Source: Vicugna vicugna (taxonomy: Eukaryota). From it: DNA of 64,000 bases. Where the stretch lies: contig MU058423.1 in assembly GCA_013265495.1 (NCBI GenBank), forward strand, positions 5,990,939-6,054,938. Reading direction: 5' to 3'. A program made the position numbers and the translations under genes. Each line of letters begins with the position of its first letter. Position 1 is the first letter of the stretch. Below the pieces are notes generated by a model. The model did not search any database, was not told the DNA's origin, and saw only the letters and a program-made list of their open reading frames with translations. Positions 11,526-25,480 of this stretch are shown here, one piece after another.

Positions 11526-12265
11526 TGAGTATTAGGGTTCTCCAGAGGAAAAGAGCCAGAGGCAAGATAGACAGACAGACAGACAGATAGATAGATATTT
11601 ATATTAAATACATACATTTATATGATTGTGGGGGTTGAGGGTTAGTAGTTGGCAAGTCTAAAATCTGTAGAGCAGACTGGAGACTCTTGACTAGGAGCTG
11701 ACACTGCAATCTTGAAGAAGAAGAAATCCTTTTTAAAAAATTAGGGCTTATTTTGAAAAATCTGAGTTTAATTCAAATATATGCCAATACCTTCCAAAAG
11801 TATATTAAATAAGACCCCAGGGCTAAGTAGGTGTGTTCCTGGATTACGAATGTGGTAGACTGAGCTATGTCAATGTTGCTTAAAGTTCCTTCATTTGTGG
11901 TTTCCTCTCATTTCCTTTCCTTTTCCTCTAAGACATTTCATTTACTATGGGTCAAATGATCAGGAGCAAGTCACAAACCTGACCAAAGTCTTAGGAATTT
12001 TAATAGCTGAGGATACTTTTATCCTGGTGGTTTCTTGAATGGGGAAAATCAGTTATACGTTATCCTCTTTGAAACTCAGTTTTTCTCCAAGGCCTTTCAA
12101 CTAATTGAATGATACCCACCATTATTGAAGATAATCTACTTACAGTCAATTGACTACAGGTGTTATCCACATCCACAAGATACCTTCACAACACCTGGGT
12201 TAAAGTCCCATAGAATAACTGGGTACTACAATTTAGCCAACTTGACACGGAAAACTAACCATCAC
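11526..12265 (-). mobile_element. ERVL LTR (MLT2-like), interrupted by a ~330-bp insert
   Basis: ttagggttctccagag, internal GACA/GATA repeat, ggcaagtctaaaatctg, aaggcctttcaactaattg, ending tagccaacttgacacggaaaactaaccatcaca. Confidence 0.9.
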
Positions 12266-13215
12266 AGTTCACACCTTGTCAACTTATCATTCATACACAT
12301 ATCCATAAACATACTTAATCTCCAAATAAGGACAATAACAAAGTCATACTTCCACCTAACATGACATACTTCTGTATTCAACAAAAAACTTGTTAACCCT
12401 TCCCCTAGAAGTGGATGCAAAGTTTTTGGGTAATATTCACTCTTCTTTATAATACTGTAACTCAAATAATATGACATAAATTTAAATATTATTAGTACAT
12501 CTTATTTAAATCAGTAGATAAGAGAAGGAATAAAATATTTGAAATATATACTATACATGGATGTTCATAGCAAAATAAGGAAAAACTACTCATAAAGATA
12601 CAGAATATCAGTCCTCATTTCCTCAGTTGGTCACCTCATTGTAGCTGATATTTAACGTTATTCTACTACCCATTCCATTTGCACTTGGTTCTCAACAAGC
12701 ACCTCAATTGGTCTTAGCTCTTTGCTTGTTGGGGTGACCCAAACCTTTATTACTCAAGGATCTGGTCCATTAGTAATCCTGCTAGGGTTGAGTTACCACA
12801 GTTTTCCATTGCCTTAATTACAGGATATGGTAGTATTAAGATACACCCTAAGAGCTCCCTTATGTTCCAGACATACTCTTCCTTACCTCCATTGTGTAAC
12901 AGCAACCCAATTCCTCTGGATACTCAGGATCAATCACCCAAGGCATTACTGTAACTCCATTTTTCTCCTGATTCAGAGGCATGAGGATCTCAAAGTGACC
13001 AAGTGGCTGTCTTAACTGCTAATTCAATAGAGTCACTGTGTGTCTCCTCATGGAAGCATTCCTACCATTGATACTAGGATCTCTAGATCAGCAGAACATA
13101 AAGTTGCAGGGACAGGAAACAAAATTTTTGCTAGTGGATCATAAAGAGTAATAGTGCTTCTTCTACCATTTCTACCTCTTGACTACTAGACTGCAAAATC
13201 CTGGTTATGGCAAAA
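12266..13215 (-). mobile_element. ERV-L internal 3' region with degenerate dUTPase
   Basis: Directly abuts the LTR. The minus strand reads DPLAKILFPVPATLCSADLEIL and other pieces matching ERV-L PLAKFLLPVPATLCSAGLEVL...VIDPDY...KVWVTP, with stops and frameshifts. Confidence 0.85.
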
Positions 13216-15267
13216 AGAGTATGGCAAAAAGTTTCATTGCTTCTGTAAAACAAGGTTAACAATTACTTATCTTGATGGATTGTTACACAAATAAGAACAA
13301 ATATATTTATATCAATGAACATATAGAATATTATGAAATATACTGTCTTAAATAATATTAAATAATATACTATCTTAAATAATGTGTTTCTTATAAGGCA
13401 AATTTTATTTAACTTACTGCAAGTAGATTCTATAGCCTGTTGCATCTTTCCTTGGAAAAGACTTTATTTCAAATAAGTAGTGAATTCATTAACAGTATCA
13501 TTTTATTGTTATATATTAGTATTATTTTAAAATTTAGCTTATTCATGGATGAGATATTTTAAGGCAAACATATCTATACACATATATGTATAAATATAGC
13601 ACTATGCATTTTACAGTTGCAGTCACATCATGATCAGTTAACCCTGTTAAGGAGACCCATTTCTTCTCATGAATAAGAACTAGACATTTTTACTTAGGCT
13701 CACTGGAACATACTTAACTAGACAAATTACTTTGAGAATATTTCTACACAATACATATAAAGAACTTCTTATTGAAAAAAATACATTAATATGGTATAAA
13801 TGATTTTATTCTCGAGTGTGTATGGTGTTAAAAGGACCAATTAATGTTAACTTTTGGAGACAGGTAAAGGCATGTATCATTTATTTCTACATAGTTCATT
13901 ATATAGAAATACAAATGTTAATTTAAACCAGTAATACCTTTCTGCATACTATCTGAGTATGCCCAGAATAGCAGTGAGGTTTTTTTGATCTTTTGTTTTT
14001 CTGAAAGTGTAAGGCATGTTGTTACCAAGTGCCCAGCAGCACCATCAAATCACACATATGTGTTAATCTCAAACACTCAATGGACATTCAGCTTTGCATC
14101 ATTTATCTTATGACTGAAAATATGGTAAACCTGAGACAGCTATATTTTGATCATTGGTTAGACTTTTTTCTTTCTTTTTTCAAAATCATTATGTTTAGGA
14201 ACATGGAGAGTAATGAATAACTGACCATATGGAAGATGAATTCCTTTTCTTTCTGTTTTTTTAAATGTAGAACAATGATAGAACCATTTTCCTCTTATCA
14301 TCAAAATCAGTTACCTCTTGCTTACGGCTTACTCCTATGACTAAAATACTTAATACCTGTTCTTTCCCTCATTTCACTATATAGATATATATATAATGAA
14401 ATATACATGAATATTATATAATATAAATAAAGTATATTATATGAACAATGTATGTTCTATATATTATATTTTCACAAGTAAGATCATGAAAGATGTTAAT
14501 CTGCATAGAAAAATTTCAAGCAAAACTTTACAAAACCAAATATATAATTGTATCATCAAAGAGCAAACTGGCCTCTAAGAGCAGAAATACAAGGGGCAAA
14601 ACCTCATTAATCATATCTGATTCCCTCACTGAAAAAAAAGTTTCAAAATACAGCTTCTAACAATACAAGTATTTTTAGGAGCAATAATATGTATTTGGTA
14701 TTTAATTAGATGTGGTAAAGTGCTAATGATAAAGAAACAAATAATTGAATGAGTAATTGTCACTCACAGCAATGCTCTTGAAAGTATTTATAATTATATA
14801 GAAAAGTTATATAGAAACACAGATATCTAGAATAGCATATAACATTACTGATCCTGCTAAACTAAAACAACAGTGTGTTGTTGGTTCAGTGGAAACAAGG
14901 AGATAACCTTGCCTACAGAAAAATGGAAAGTAGTAGGGCTATTGTTTTCATACAGTGGGAAAGGCTGAAGTTCACCCTTAGGGGAAATTTGTATTATGTA
15001 TAGCAATTACTTTTTTGAGAATGTTAGCAGGGGTAAGAATTTGCATTCAAGCTAGTTTAACTGATATAAGCTATCATTTATAAAACGATAATGGGTGCAC
15101 TTCTAAGATTGATAAACCACTTAGCGCATTCTGTTCTCTTCTACCGAAGATGAGGGTTTAAAGTGGGAGAGAGCAGTTGCCATTGGGGAATTTCACTGCA
15201 TTCCTCAGCAGTAACAACAAATACATAGAGATGTCACTGTGCCTTGGGGAAATGGAAATATTCATAT

Positions 15268-15480
15268 CAGTTTTTCCCAAAGCTATTTCATAAAACAGAA
15301 GGCCAAACAAATGCTATACAAACAACCGTTGTTTTTAAAAAATGGTAAACGCAACATAGTATATATTTCTTTTAATGAATCATGAAATGCATGAGTATGT
15401 TAAAGACTTAAAAAATTCTACAGCAGAGAATTCTGTTATAAATTATTTAAGTAATGTTTTCTAAGCTTATTTGGTGGTGG
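15268..15480. mobile_element. hAT-Charlie MITE (MER103C-like)
   Basis: cagtttttcccaaag start; gttaaagacttaaaaaattctacagcagagaa and ttttctaagcttatttgg resemble MER103C. Confidence 0.55.
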
Positions 15481-15884
15481 ACTGCATCATCCACATTTGG
15501 CTTTATAAGTCAGCAAAAACAGTATTTTGTATCACCATCATTGTATCTTCTTATCTAATAAGAGAACATATGTTGTAAAAAGAATATCAAAACAATGGAA
15601 TTTCATTAAGTATATTTATGGCTGTTCCTGGAAACAAGAGAGAGATTAATTAACAATAGACATATACAAAATAAATAATCCCATATTTCATAAGCTTTAG
15701 TCTATCCTTAAATTATACTTCAACTCACAGTTAAGAGGGTCATGTGAAAGGATTTCAGCATTACCTACAAGTAGGAATTTTTTAATCAATTATATGGCAT
15801 ATAACTAAGGGCTTACTTACCTGATTTCTTATCTGATAGCTAATGATAATTATTAGTTTATGGCATGACTCTTCTATTTTTGTA

Positions 15885-16025
15885 AAAATTTTTAATTAGC
15901 TTTATTGAGGTAAATTTACATACAAAAATGCACTGATTAGTTCTGACAGATGTATGCATCGAGTCATCCACTACCACAATCAAGACAGAGAATGTGTGTA
16001 ACATCCCCAAAATTCCTTTAAAGCC
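15885..16025 (-). mobile_element. Old L1 3' terminal fragment
   Basis: agctttattgaggtaaatttacatac...ctaccacaatcaagacagagaat...catccccaaaattcc. Confidence 0.7.
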
Positions 16026-16969
16026 TGATGAAATAAGTTCCCTTTCAACATAGTCCCATTTAATCACTGACTAGGAAAAAAAACAACAGTAAATACAAGG
16101 TTTAAGATATGAAATTCGGCCTGTAAATTACATCCATTCAGTCTGTCTATAACAAAGGCAAAAACAAATTTAAAAAATGATGGAAATACTGGCAAAATGT
16201 CACATCAGATTCTATAGAGCCTTTCATAAGTATCAGTCTTTCTTGGGTGTTTTGAATCTATGAGGATGATTTCTTCATTTTCATAGGGTAAAAATTCACC
16301 TTAAAGTGGGATCTGTTAACTTTGTACAATCTTCTATTTGGAGTATATTTTTCTCTTTATATCTGAGAAAGTTAGGATCCAGGCAGAGAAAGATTTTCAG
16401 TGAAAAATGTTAATCATATGTTAAAAAAAAACTTGGCTAAGTAATTTAGAAATTTTGTTCAATGAGAAAGCATGAGTGTGGTAAAAATTATTTAATGGTT
16501 CATATGTAGATGAAGCATTCATGCATGTTAGAGTTAAGGCATTAAGTAATCTAAGAATTTCCTTCTCTTTTTTTGAATATTTAGACTACTTATAATTTTT
16601 GTTTGGTTTATACTGTTTTCCTTTTCCCATTTAACGAAAATTTAAGTACAAATTGTATATAAAAATACAGACTTTGTAACTGATATATTTATAGCTACAA
16701 AATGCATTTTTTTCTCAAAAGACTGAAGAATTGATGTTTGCTTAAATTTATATGAAATGAAAAAAATGGTTGGAAGAATAAACTAAAACTTTACCAACAC
16801 AATATAATGCTTATGTACAGTTTCATTCATTTTTAGTGTTACTATCTTCACTCTCAGAGTTACTACCCACTTAAGTCTGGTTATTTTATACATTTATAAT
16901 ACATTTAGATTACTTTTTCATAGCCTGCATTCAATCTTGGAGATCCTTTACCTCCTAAATATTTTTAAA

Positions 16970-17870
16970 TTTGCATACATTAAGGTCACTTTTCATGATA
17001 TAAAATTCAATGAAGTTGATATGCATAATGTCATTAATCCATCATTATAGTGTCATACAGAATAGTTTTCCTACCCTAAAAATCCCCTGTGCTTTATCTG
17101 TTTAGTTAAAACCCATCCACAACTCTAGGCAGTCATGTTATATTTATTGCCTGAATCGTACTGTCTTTTCTAGAATGTCATATAAATCAAATCATATAGT
17201 ATATAGCCTTTTCATACTGGCTGCTTTCATTTAGCAATATATACTATCTGTGCTTTGACAGCTCATTTCTTTTTATTGCTTAATAATATTCCGTTTTACG
17301 GATGTACCACTTTGTTTCCAATTCCTTTATCCATTCTCTTTGAATGACATCTTTGTTGCTTCTAGTTTTGGCCAATAATGAATAAAGCGGCTATAAATAT
17401 TCACATTGAGGTTTTTGTGTGGACATATGTTTTCAAATCTGTTGGGTAAATACAGGAGCAAGATTACAGGAACATATGTTGAGATTGTGTTTAAGATTTA
17501 TAAGAAACTGCCTGTCTTCCAGAGTGGTTGTACAATTTTGCATTCCATCTAGCCATGTCTGAGAGTTCTGGCTGCTCTTTATTCTCACCAGTAATTGATA
17601 CTCTCAGTTTTCTTTTTATTTCAACCATTTTTTAGTACTTCTTTGTTGTCTTAGGTTGTATTTCTTTAATGACATATGATGTTGAGTATCTTTTTGTATA
17701 CCTATTTTCCATTTGTTTATCTTTTTTGTTAAAGTGTCTGTTCAGATATTTTGCCCATTATTTAATTGGATTTTTTAAATTATTGAGTTTTAAACATTCT
17801 TTGTGTATTTTGTGTACAATTCTCTGTCTTTTCATTCTCTTAACTGTCTTTCCCAGAGCAAAATGGTTAC
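16970..17870 (-). mobile_element. L1MC-like 3' UTR and ORF2 end
   Basis: ccctaaaaatcccctgtgc, ctagaatgtcatata, gaataaagcggctataaatattcac, taatgacatatgatgttgagtatc are antisense L1 3' motifs. Confidence 0.85.
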
Positions 17871-19489
17871 TTTTATATTACTAACATTTTAAAATTAAAA
17901 TTCTATATTGTATTCTTATCTTCATTATATACATTATTTTTATTAACAGAAATAAATCATACACAAAATAAATATTTAAAAGCTCTTTCCCAAATACTTT
18001 AAATCATATCTGTATATATCTTTGTATATATATATTTACATTACATTTTCAAAACTAATATTTATGAAGTGACCAAATGGTCACTCAGGTGCTGTTTGCT
18101 TTATAAATTCTCTTATGTCTCTTGTCACAAATGGAAGTTCCATACCCAACAACATCGCTTTCAAATGTTCATTTTCCCAAATACACATCATTCAAAACAG
18201 ATATTATGGTTATTAACTAAAAACTGAGTAAAATTCTATTAAATATTATTTTTCTAATTGGTTCCAGAAAATTCCAGAAATACTGATCTCAAAATGTTTC
18301 TGAACAGCATATTTTGCTTTAGAAGCTTCATAAATCTCAGTTATAAGTACTCATAATTCTCTGTTTCTAACTTCACTATATAAAATAATTCTGATGAGTT
18401 CAATTACAGAAAACATAATATTTCAAAATGATAGCAATATAGCAAGTTTTCAACACTCTATTAAAATGTGCTTAACTGAATAAAGAGCCTTCAAGTAGAT
18501 TTTTTTGAGCTATACCAACATATGCAGAAAACCACTTTATAGTTTTTATGTTAGTTTAAAAAAGCTAAAACATAAAAAATTATGTTAGGATTACCCTATT
18601 TTCAAAATCTCAAACATATCTTTGTGTCCTAAAGTCAGCATTTAAACACCTTCCTTTTGTTGCAGGCCTGCACACTTTACAGATTTCCACTGTGTGTATG
18701 ATTAAGGGGCATGAGCATGAGAGGTGAGAGACTTCTAGTAAATATAATTCCTGTGCTTGACAGACCTTGAAGAGCTCGAAAATGTCACAGTGCTGTAACC
18801 TCAGGTAGTAATTCTGACATCACAAATGTTTCCTCTGAGAGAGTGAGTGAGTGAAGGCTTATATACAGAAATTATAGGAAGCAGCTGAAGGCTAGAATGA
18901 ACTCTTCAGTGAAGTGATAAAAAGCCTTTACCAGTGATTTTTGTTATGCTTCAATTACTTACATTTCAGTTACACTGTCTCTAATACCAGCTCTCCTCTT
19001 CATCCTGTTAAACACCCATTCGATAGCTGTCCTTTTCTTATTAACCATGCACTGGAAAAAGTAAAATATTTTCTCAAAGACCTGTGAAGCTAAGAGGACT
19101 GATGATTGACTTAAGTGATACTTACATTTATGAAAGTATGGCAAATCAGCCATAGTTTTATACAGATACTGGCTAGCTATCATTGTTTATGTGAAAATTA
19201 TTTTGAAAAATTTTTCAGGTAAAGTAATTGTATCAATTAAGAATAAGCAAGCATTTATCTAAAGCTTATTGCCCTGCAAAGCACATTAAAATAAACCTAG
19301 AGAAGATAAAAATGATGGTCTGAAAACATAAACCAAGCTCACTTAGTTAAACTACCATTTATTTCAAGTTTCTTAGTATATATATCTTAATTACTTTTAT
19401 TACTTTAATTACAAGGTTATACCTAATTATATACCTGTGGAATGTGATCATACTATCATACCTTTAGACAAATATTTTCTACCCTTTTT

Positions 19490-19655
19490 TTCCTCAAGAA
19501 TAGTCTTAGAACCACTTGCATCTGCAATATCTGATGGACTTTTAACATAAAGATACCTGTGTCTCATTTCCACTGAATCAGAAGTTCTTGGAGTCTGTAT
19601 TTTTACCATTGTTTTCAGCTTATGTTTGAACAAAATATCACTTGAGAACCACTCT
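19490..19655. mobile_element. MER5-like hAT MITE
   Basis: actgaatcagaa...ctgtattttta...cacttgagaaccact. Confidence 0.55.
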
Positions 19656-19702
19656 CTTAAACAACTTTGCATTGAGAGCATATTGCTTTCAAACCTTAAT
19701 TA

Positions 19703-21718
19703 GTGAAGTTGATGGGAATACAATAATAGTAAGAGACATTAACACCCCCACTAACATCATTGAATGGATCTTCCAGATAGAAAATCAATAAGGTGATGAA
19801 GATACTAAGTGACGCAATAGAAGAGTTGGACTTGGTTGATATTTTGCGGACATTACATTCCCCAAAAATAGAATATTTATTCTTTTCAAGTGTTCATGGA
19901 GCATTCTCTAGGATAGACCACATACTCAGGCACAAAAGAAGCCTCAACAAATTTAAGAGGATAAAAATTATTTCAAGCATCTTCTCTGAGCACATGGCAT
20001 GAAACTAGAAATCAACCACAGAAAAACAAAGGAGAAAGAAATGACAGCATGGAGACTAAACAGCATGCTACTAAAAAACCAATGGATCAATGATAAAATC
20101 AAAGAAGAAATTTAAAAATATCTTAAGAAAAATGACAATGAAAACACAATCACACAAAATCTGTGGGATACAGCAAAAGCAGTCCTAAGAGGGAAGTTCA
20201 CAGAGATACAGGCCTTCCTCATAAAATAAGAACAATTTCAAATAAACAACCTAAACTACCACCTAGAAGAATTAGAAAAGAAGAAAAAACAAAACCTAAA
20301 GTCAGCAGAAGGAAAGAAATAATAAAGATCAAGGAGGAAAAGAGAGAAGACACAAATAAATAAAATAAGAAATGAACATGGAGAAATTACAATCAACACC
20401 ACAGAAATACAAAAAAAATCATAAGAGAATACTATGAACAACTATATGGCAATAAATTGGACAACTTAGAAGAAATGAACACATTTCTAGAAACATACAA
20501 AACTGAAACAAGAAGAAATAGATGACTTGAACAGACCGAGCACTAGAAATGAAATGGAAGTAACAATAAAAAACCTCCCTACAAACAAAAATCCAGGACT
20601 AAATGGCTTCACTGGGGAATTCTGCCAAATATACAACAAAGAACTCATACTGATCCTTCTCAAACTCTTTTAAAAGACTGAAGAGGAGGAAATACTCCTA
20701 AACTCTTTCTATGAAGCCACCATCACCCTGATACCAACAATGACACTACTAAAAGAGAAAATTATGGGCCGATATTATTGATGAACATAGATGCAAAAAT
20801 CCTCCACAAAATATTAGCAAACAAAGTCCAACAACACATAAAAAAGATATACACTATGCTCAAGTTGGGTTCATCCCAGGGACACAAGGATGGTTCAACA
20901 TATGCAAATCAACCAATGTGATACACCACATCAACAAAAGAAAGGACACAAATCACATGATCATCTCAATAGATGCAGAAAAAGCATTTGAAAAAATTCA
21001 ACACTCATTTATGATGAAAACTCTAACCAAAGTGGGTGTGGAGGGACCATATCTGACTTAATAAAAGCTGTTTAATATAAACCCACAGCCAGCATAATAC
21101 TCAGCAGTGAAAAGGTGGAAGCCTTCCTGCTAAAATCTGGAACAAGTCATGGATGCCCACTCTCACCACTTCTATACCATATAGTACTGGAAGTCCTAGT
21201 CATAGCAATTAGATAAGAAAAAGAAACAAAAGGGATCCAAATTGGAAGAAAAGAGGTAAATTTGTCATTATATGCAGTTGACATGATATAATATATACAA
21301 AACCCTAAAGGCACCACACAAAAACTGCTAGAGGTGATGAAAGAATTCGGCAAAGTAGCAGGATACAAGATTAACAAACAGAAATCAGTGGCATTTCTTT
21401 ACACTAACAGTGAAATAGCTGAAAACGAAAGTAAAGTAACAATCCCTTTTAAAATCACATCCAAAAAAATAAAATGCTTAGGAAAAAAATCTGACCAAGG
21501 GAGTGAAAGACTTACACATGGTGAACTACTAAACATTGACTAAGGAAACTAAAGATGACTTAAAGAAGTGGAAAGATATCCCATGTTTTTGGACTGGGAG
21601 AATTCATATTGTTAAAATGGACATACTATCCAAGGCAATCTGCAGATTAAATGCGATACCTATCAAATTACCCAGGACATTTTTCACAGAACTTGAACAA
21701 ATAATCCTAAAATTTATA
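19703..21718 (+). mobile_element. L1 ORF2 internal fragment (endonuclease to RT), lacking 3' end
   Basis: ORFs ...[42 protein letters not shown] and [17 protein letters not shown]...[22 protein letters not shown]. Several stops and a small internal deletion near 20340. Ends abruptly with no poly(A) or TSD. Confidence 0.97.
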
Positions 21719-23189
21719 GAAATGCTCTGCATCTGCTAAATATGAAATCTTGATGTCTCTTTTATAATCTTCCCCATATTGTCCTTAATTCATAGTCATG
21801 GGCAATAAGCAAACAAAGAAAGCATCTGTCAAACAGCTGTGTGATTTTTTGAAAATGACTGTATAATAAGTATATGATAAGCTCAATTAAATTTTCTTCT
21901 GATTTTCATTTTTAGGAAGTGTGCTATGTTTTTGATAAAACCCAGGTTGTCCTAAAATTACCTCATATGCATACATTTATAAGAATCTTCAGGTAGTATA
22001 CTTTAATGTGTGCTATTTATGATATATAAATTATACGTAAACAAAATTGATTTAAACAAAAATGATCTCTCAGTATTTTGTGAACCTCAACATTCTCAGT
22101 TTCTTCTGTACTTTCAGAGGCTACAAACTATATTTTGCATGAATTGAATATTGATTTAATGTTTATTTATAGTTTGATAAAATATGTAAAAGTTAAATAT
22201 CCTTGAATGTATTAACTATAATACATATTGACAGATCTGTAAGACTTGAAATGTACTTTATTTTTCAAAATTCTGGAAAGATAGTTGTTTATGTTGTTCT
22301 TTCAGCTGTGGCTGAAATACAGTTTTTTAATCTTTACCTATTTTGAATATAATGGAAAAATTTTCCATTTCCACATGGCTATTTCTAGCCACAAAAGATA
22401 ATTCAGCAACACTTCTAGAAGTATTAACTGTTAGTGAAAACTGTTGCTGCTAACAGTATTTTTTATTTTATAGTGGTCCGTTTGAAACTTGGTTACAAAT
22501 GAGTAACTTGTCTGCAATTAGAAAAAAAAATCACTTAAACTTACAATAATTTATAGTGTTCAGGATCCAAGAGATGGCAGCAAAGAACTAACTGGAAATT
22601 CTCTTTGTATGTGGATTTGCCAGTAAAATAGGTATATGCAGAATAGACAAGAAATAGCGCAAGGGGGTAGAGTTGGACCAAGAGGAAAAAATTAGTTCAT
22701 GGAGGGTAATCTTTAAAATGTCAATCCAGAGTCCTTAAACAGAATATCTTAAAAGCTACTAAGTTAGCATTCAAGAGATTATTTACAGAGGCTAGGAGAG
22801 AAGAAGCTGATAATAAAGCAAGGAGTCAAAATCCAAGTCTTACAGTAATAGCGCCTAACATTGCCCAAAATCAGATTGAAATAAGGTATTCTGACTCATC
22901 ATCAGTGGCTAAGTGTTTTGAGGCTATGCAATATTCGTATGTTGTCTTGAAAGACGATTATCTTATTTTAAGAATTTAGAATCAGTTAAAATTCAGTCTT
23001 TTAAATATAACAATGAATAAGCTTAATTCCTTTAATAAAAATATCTTGTTTTTATGATTAGCTCAGTATTGTAATACAAGCTGAAGATATATAGATAAAG
23101 CTGTTTTACTCTCAAAATAATAACTATAGATTTAAAAAATCATTGAAAGCATGGTAAAAATATTTTGAGAAAAAGTTGAATTTGTCTAA

Positions 23190-23900
23190 GTGCTCCAATA
23201 ATTTTAAAATATAGAATCTAAAATATACCAAAATAGTTCAAACAAAAATAGAGGACATTACAAGAAAATACTGAAAAGCCTAACATACTTCTGTGAGATT
23301 TCAATATACTTTTTCAGCTATTTATATGTCAACCAGATAGCAATTAAAAATACATTGAAAAATTAATAACAAAATCAATAAACTTTAGCTAATGTACAAA
23401 TATAAAATTCAACATCTAACAGTTGAAAATACTCAGTTTTCTAAAGAGTACATGGAATAACATGCACAAAAAATAATTATGTGATCGACCTTACAGTAAA
23501 TCTAAATAATCTTAGAGAATTATTACTACAGATAACTTAGTCTCTTTACAACAAAAACAAATTAGAAGTTAATAGCAAAAAGCTATATTAAAACTTCCAT
23601 TTATTTAGAAATTTTATTATATACTTAATTTATTATTAAGAAGGAATTAATGGAAATAAAGAAAAACACAATTTTATGACATTGAAAATACCACATATAA
23701 AGCTGATAGGATCAGTGGGGGGAGAGTATAGCTCAAGTGGTAGAGTGCATGCCTAGTATGCAAGAGGTCCTGGGTTCAATCCCCAGTACCTCCTCTAAAA
23801 GTAAATAAATAAATCTAATTACCTCCTACCCCCCCCAAAAAAAAGATTGGATATAGTGAAAGTAGTGCTTAAAGAGCAATTTATAACCTTAATAGCTTAT
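23190..23900 (+). mobile_element. Ancient L1 ORF2 endonuclease-region fragment
   Basis: gtgagatttcaatatac, agagtacatggaata, gaaaataccacatataaa, gtgaaagtagtgcttaaagagcaatttataacc. Interrupted by a SINE. Confidence 0.65.
23717..23844 (+). mobile_element. tRNA-derived SINE (camelid vic-1 type)
   Basis: Pol III A box TAGCTCAAGTGG and B box GGTTCAATCCC, tail taaataaataaatctaattacctcc, poly(A). Degenerate TSD gataggatcagt/gattggatatagt. Confidence 0.9.
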
Positions 23901-24379
23901 TCTATATCTGCCTTAAATTCATATCTCTTTTATAAATATTAATTTCTACAAATCAGTGTTATTCTACACAACTTCTGATGGTCTTCTTGATGTTTTATAA
24001 AGTGTCCAAATTTCAGATATCACTGATGTTGATAACAAAATAAACTATTTGATGTATTATTATCATTTACTGCAAAAGTTAGAATAAAGCTTGACAAATT
24101 TAACAGTTACCAAACAGTGAACAGTCATACATGAACATAGTTACATTTTGTATTCTTGAATACTGTTGTGCAGAAGATTAATTAAATTTATAATCTAGTA
24201 AGTAGTTTTTTTACGTTTTGAGAAGTTATCTTTAATTTATACAGATAGATATTACACAAATTTAAAAAGAACATTTAAAGAGGGCAGTTTGCTGGCAATT
24301 AATTGAAAGAAGTGTATCTAGAAGGAGGGTATAATAATTGTTGAAGAGTTTCTGCTCATCTTATTTGAGTTCTGAGAAT

Positions 24380-25480
24380 TCACCATATAGGAAGTGTAGT
24401 TATTAGTGTAATCTTGACAAGGGTCATTCTGTGGAAGTGAACAAACCAAGATAGAATCAAGAGGTAAAGAAGTGGAGACTATAAATGTAGCCAAGTATTT
24501 TGAAGGTTATAATCTAAAAAGGAGCTGAGAAACATTCCAATAGCTGGGGTTTGTTATAAGGTGAAAAAAAGGTATTTTTTTAAAGAAGGAATATTTTGTA
24601 TGTTTCTTTGTTTGTATGAGTACAATCAAGTAGTGAAGGCCAACAAAAGAGAGAAGAAATAATTATAGAAAAATCTATCAGGAGTAGGGAAGGAGAAGAG
24701 ATTTCAAACCCAACTGAAGGCTTGATTCTGAAAGGAGATGGAACAATTTATTTGTTCTAATATGAGGGAAGACAGAGACTATGAAAAGAGCTACAAGCAG
24801 TTGTTATTTCTGGTGGTGTGAAAATGACAGCCTTCTCCTCTGCTTTTATTTTTTATTGCAATAAGAAGCAAGATCATAGCTGAAATAAAAATGAGAGAGG
24901 GGACACTGGAATTTGAGAAAAGATGAAAACATGTAAAGAAGTTATCTGATAATATTTGATGATGAGTTATCTTGAGAAATGGAATAGGGCTGCTTGAAGT
25001 TTCTGAGGACCACCAGAAAGATGTGATTAAAATCTAAAATGAGATCAGTCACCATGTTTGGGTGTTTGTTTTTTTCCAGTCATGTTGACCTGCTTATCCA
25101 TCATGTGTAGACATGAAGTTGGAATACAGTTCAAATTTAACCAACATGAGGTATTTACCTTGTGTATATAATGGAATAACAAAGAAGCCAGAGAGATGAA
25201 AGTATGCATAAAAGTGATACTAGCCATGGGACACAAAATATAATTATGTGAGAGAGAAGAAAGGGCATGAAGGGATGGGAGGGGAAAAGAAAATGTGACT
25301 AAGGTCAATGGATTGAAGGTCCTGAGAAGATCAAAGAATTGCTGTTACATAGTTATAAACAAAAGGCAAGCTGGAAAAAATAAGTAGTTTTGTACAAACA
25401 GATTACTAAAAATCACCAGTTTATAGTTAGTGCTGTTATTAATAATGATAAATATTAGAGTGATACCAAAATCTTGGGAT
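24380..25480 (-). mobile_element. L2 fragments
   Basis: Purine-rich degenerate L2 antisense motifs (aatcttgacaagggtcattctgtggaagtg; ttttattgcaataagaagcaagatcatagctgaaa). Confidence 0.55.

Noticed and set aside
23717..23795. tRNA gene
   Set aside because: The tRNA-like head is followed by a SINE tail, poly(A) and TSD, and a second copy lies at 49914. It is a SINE.
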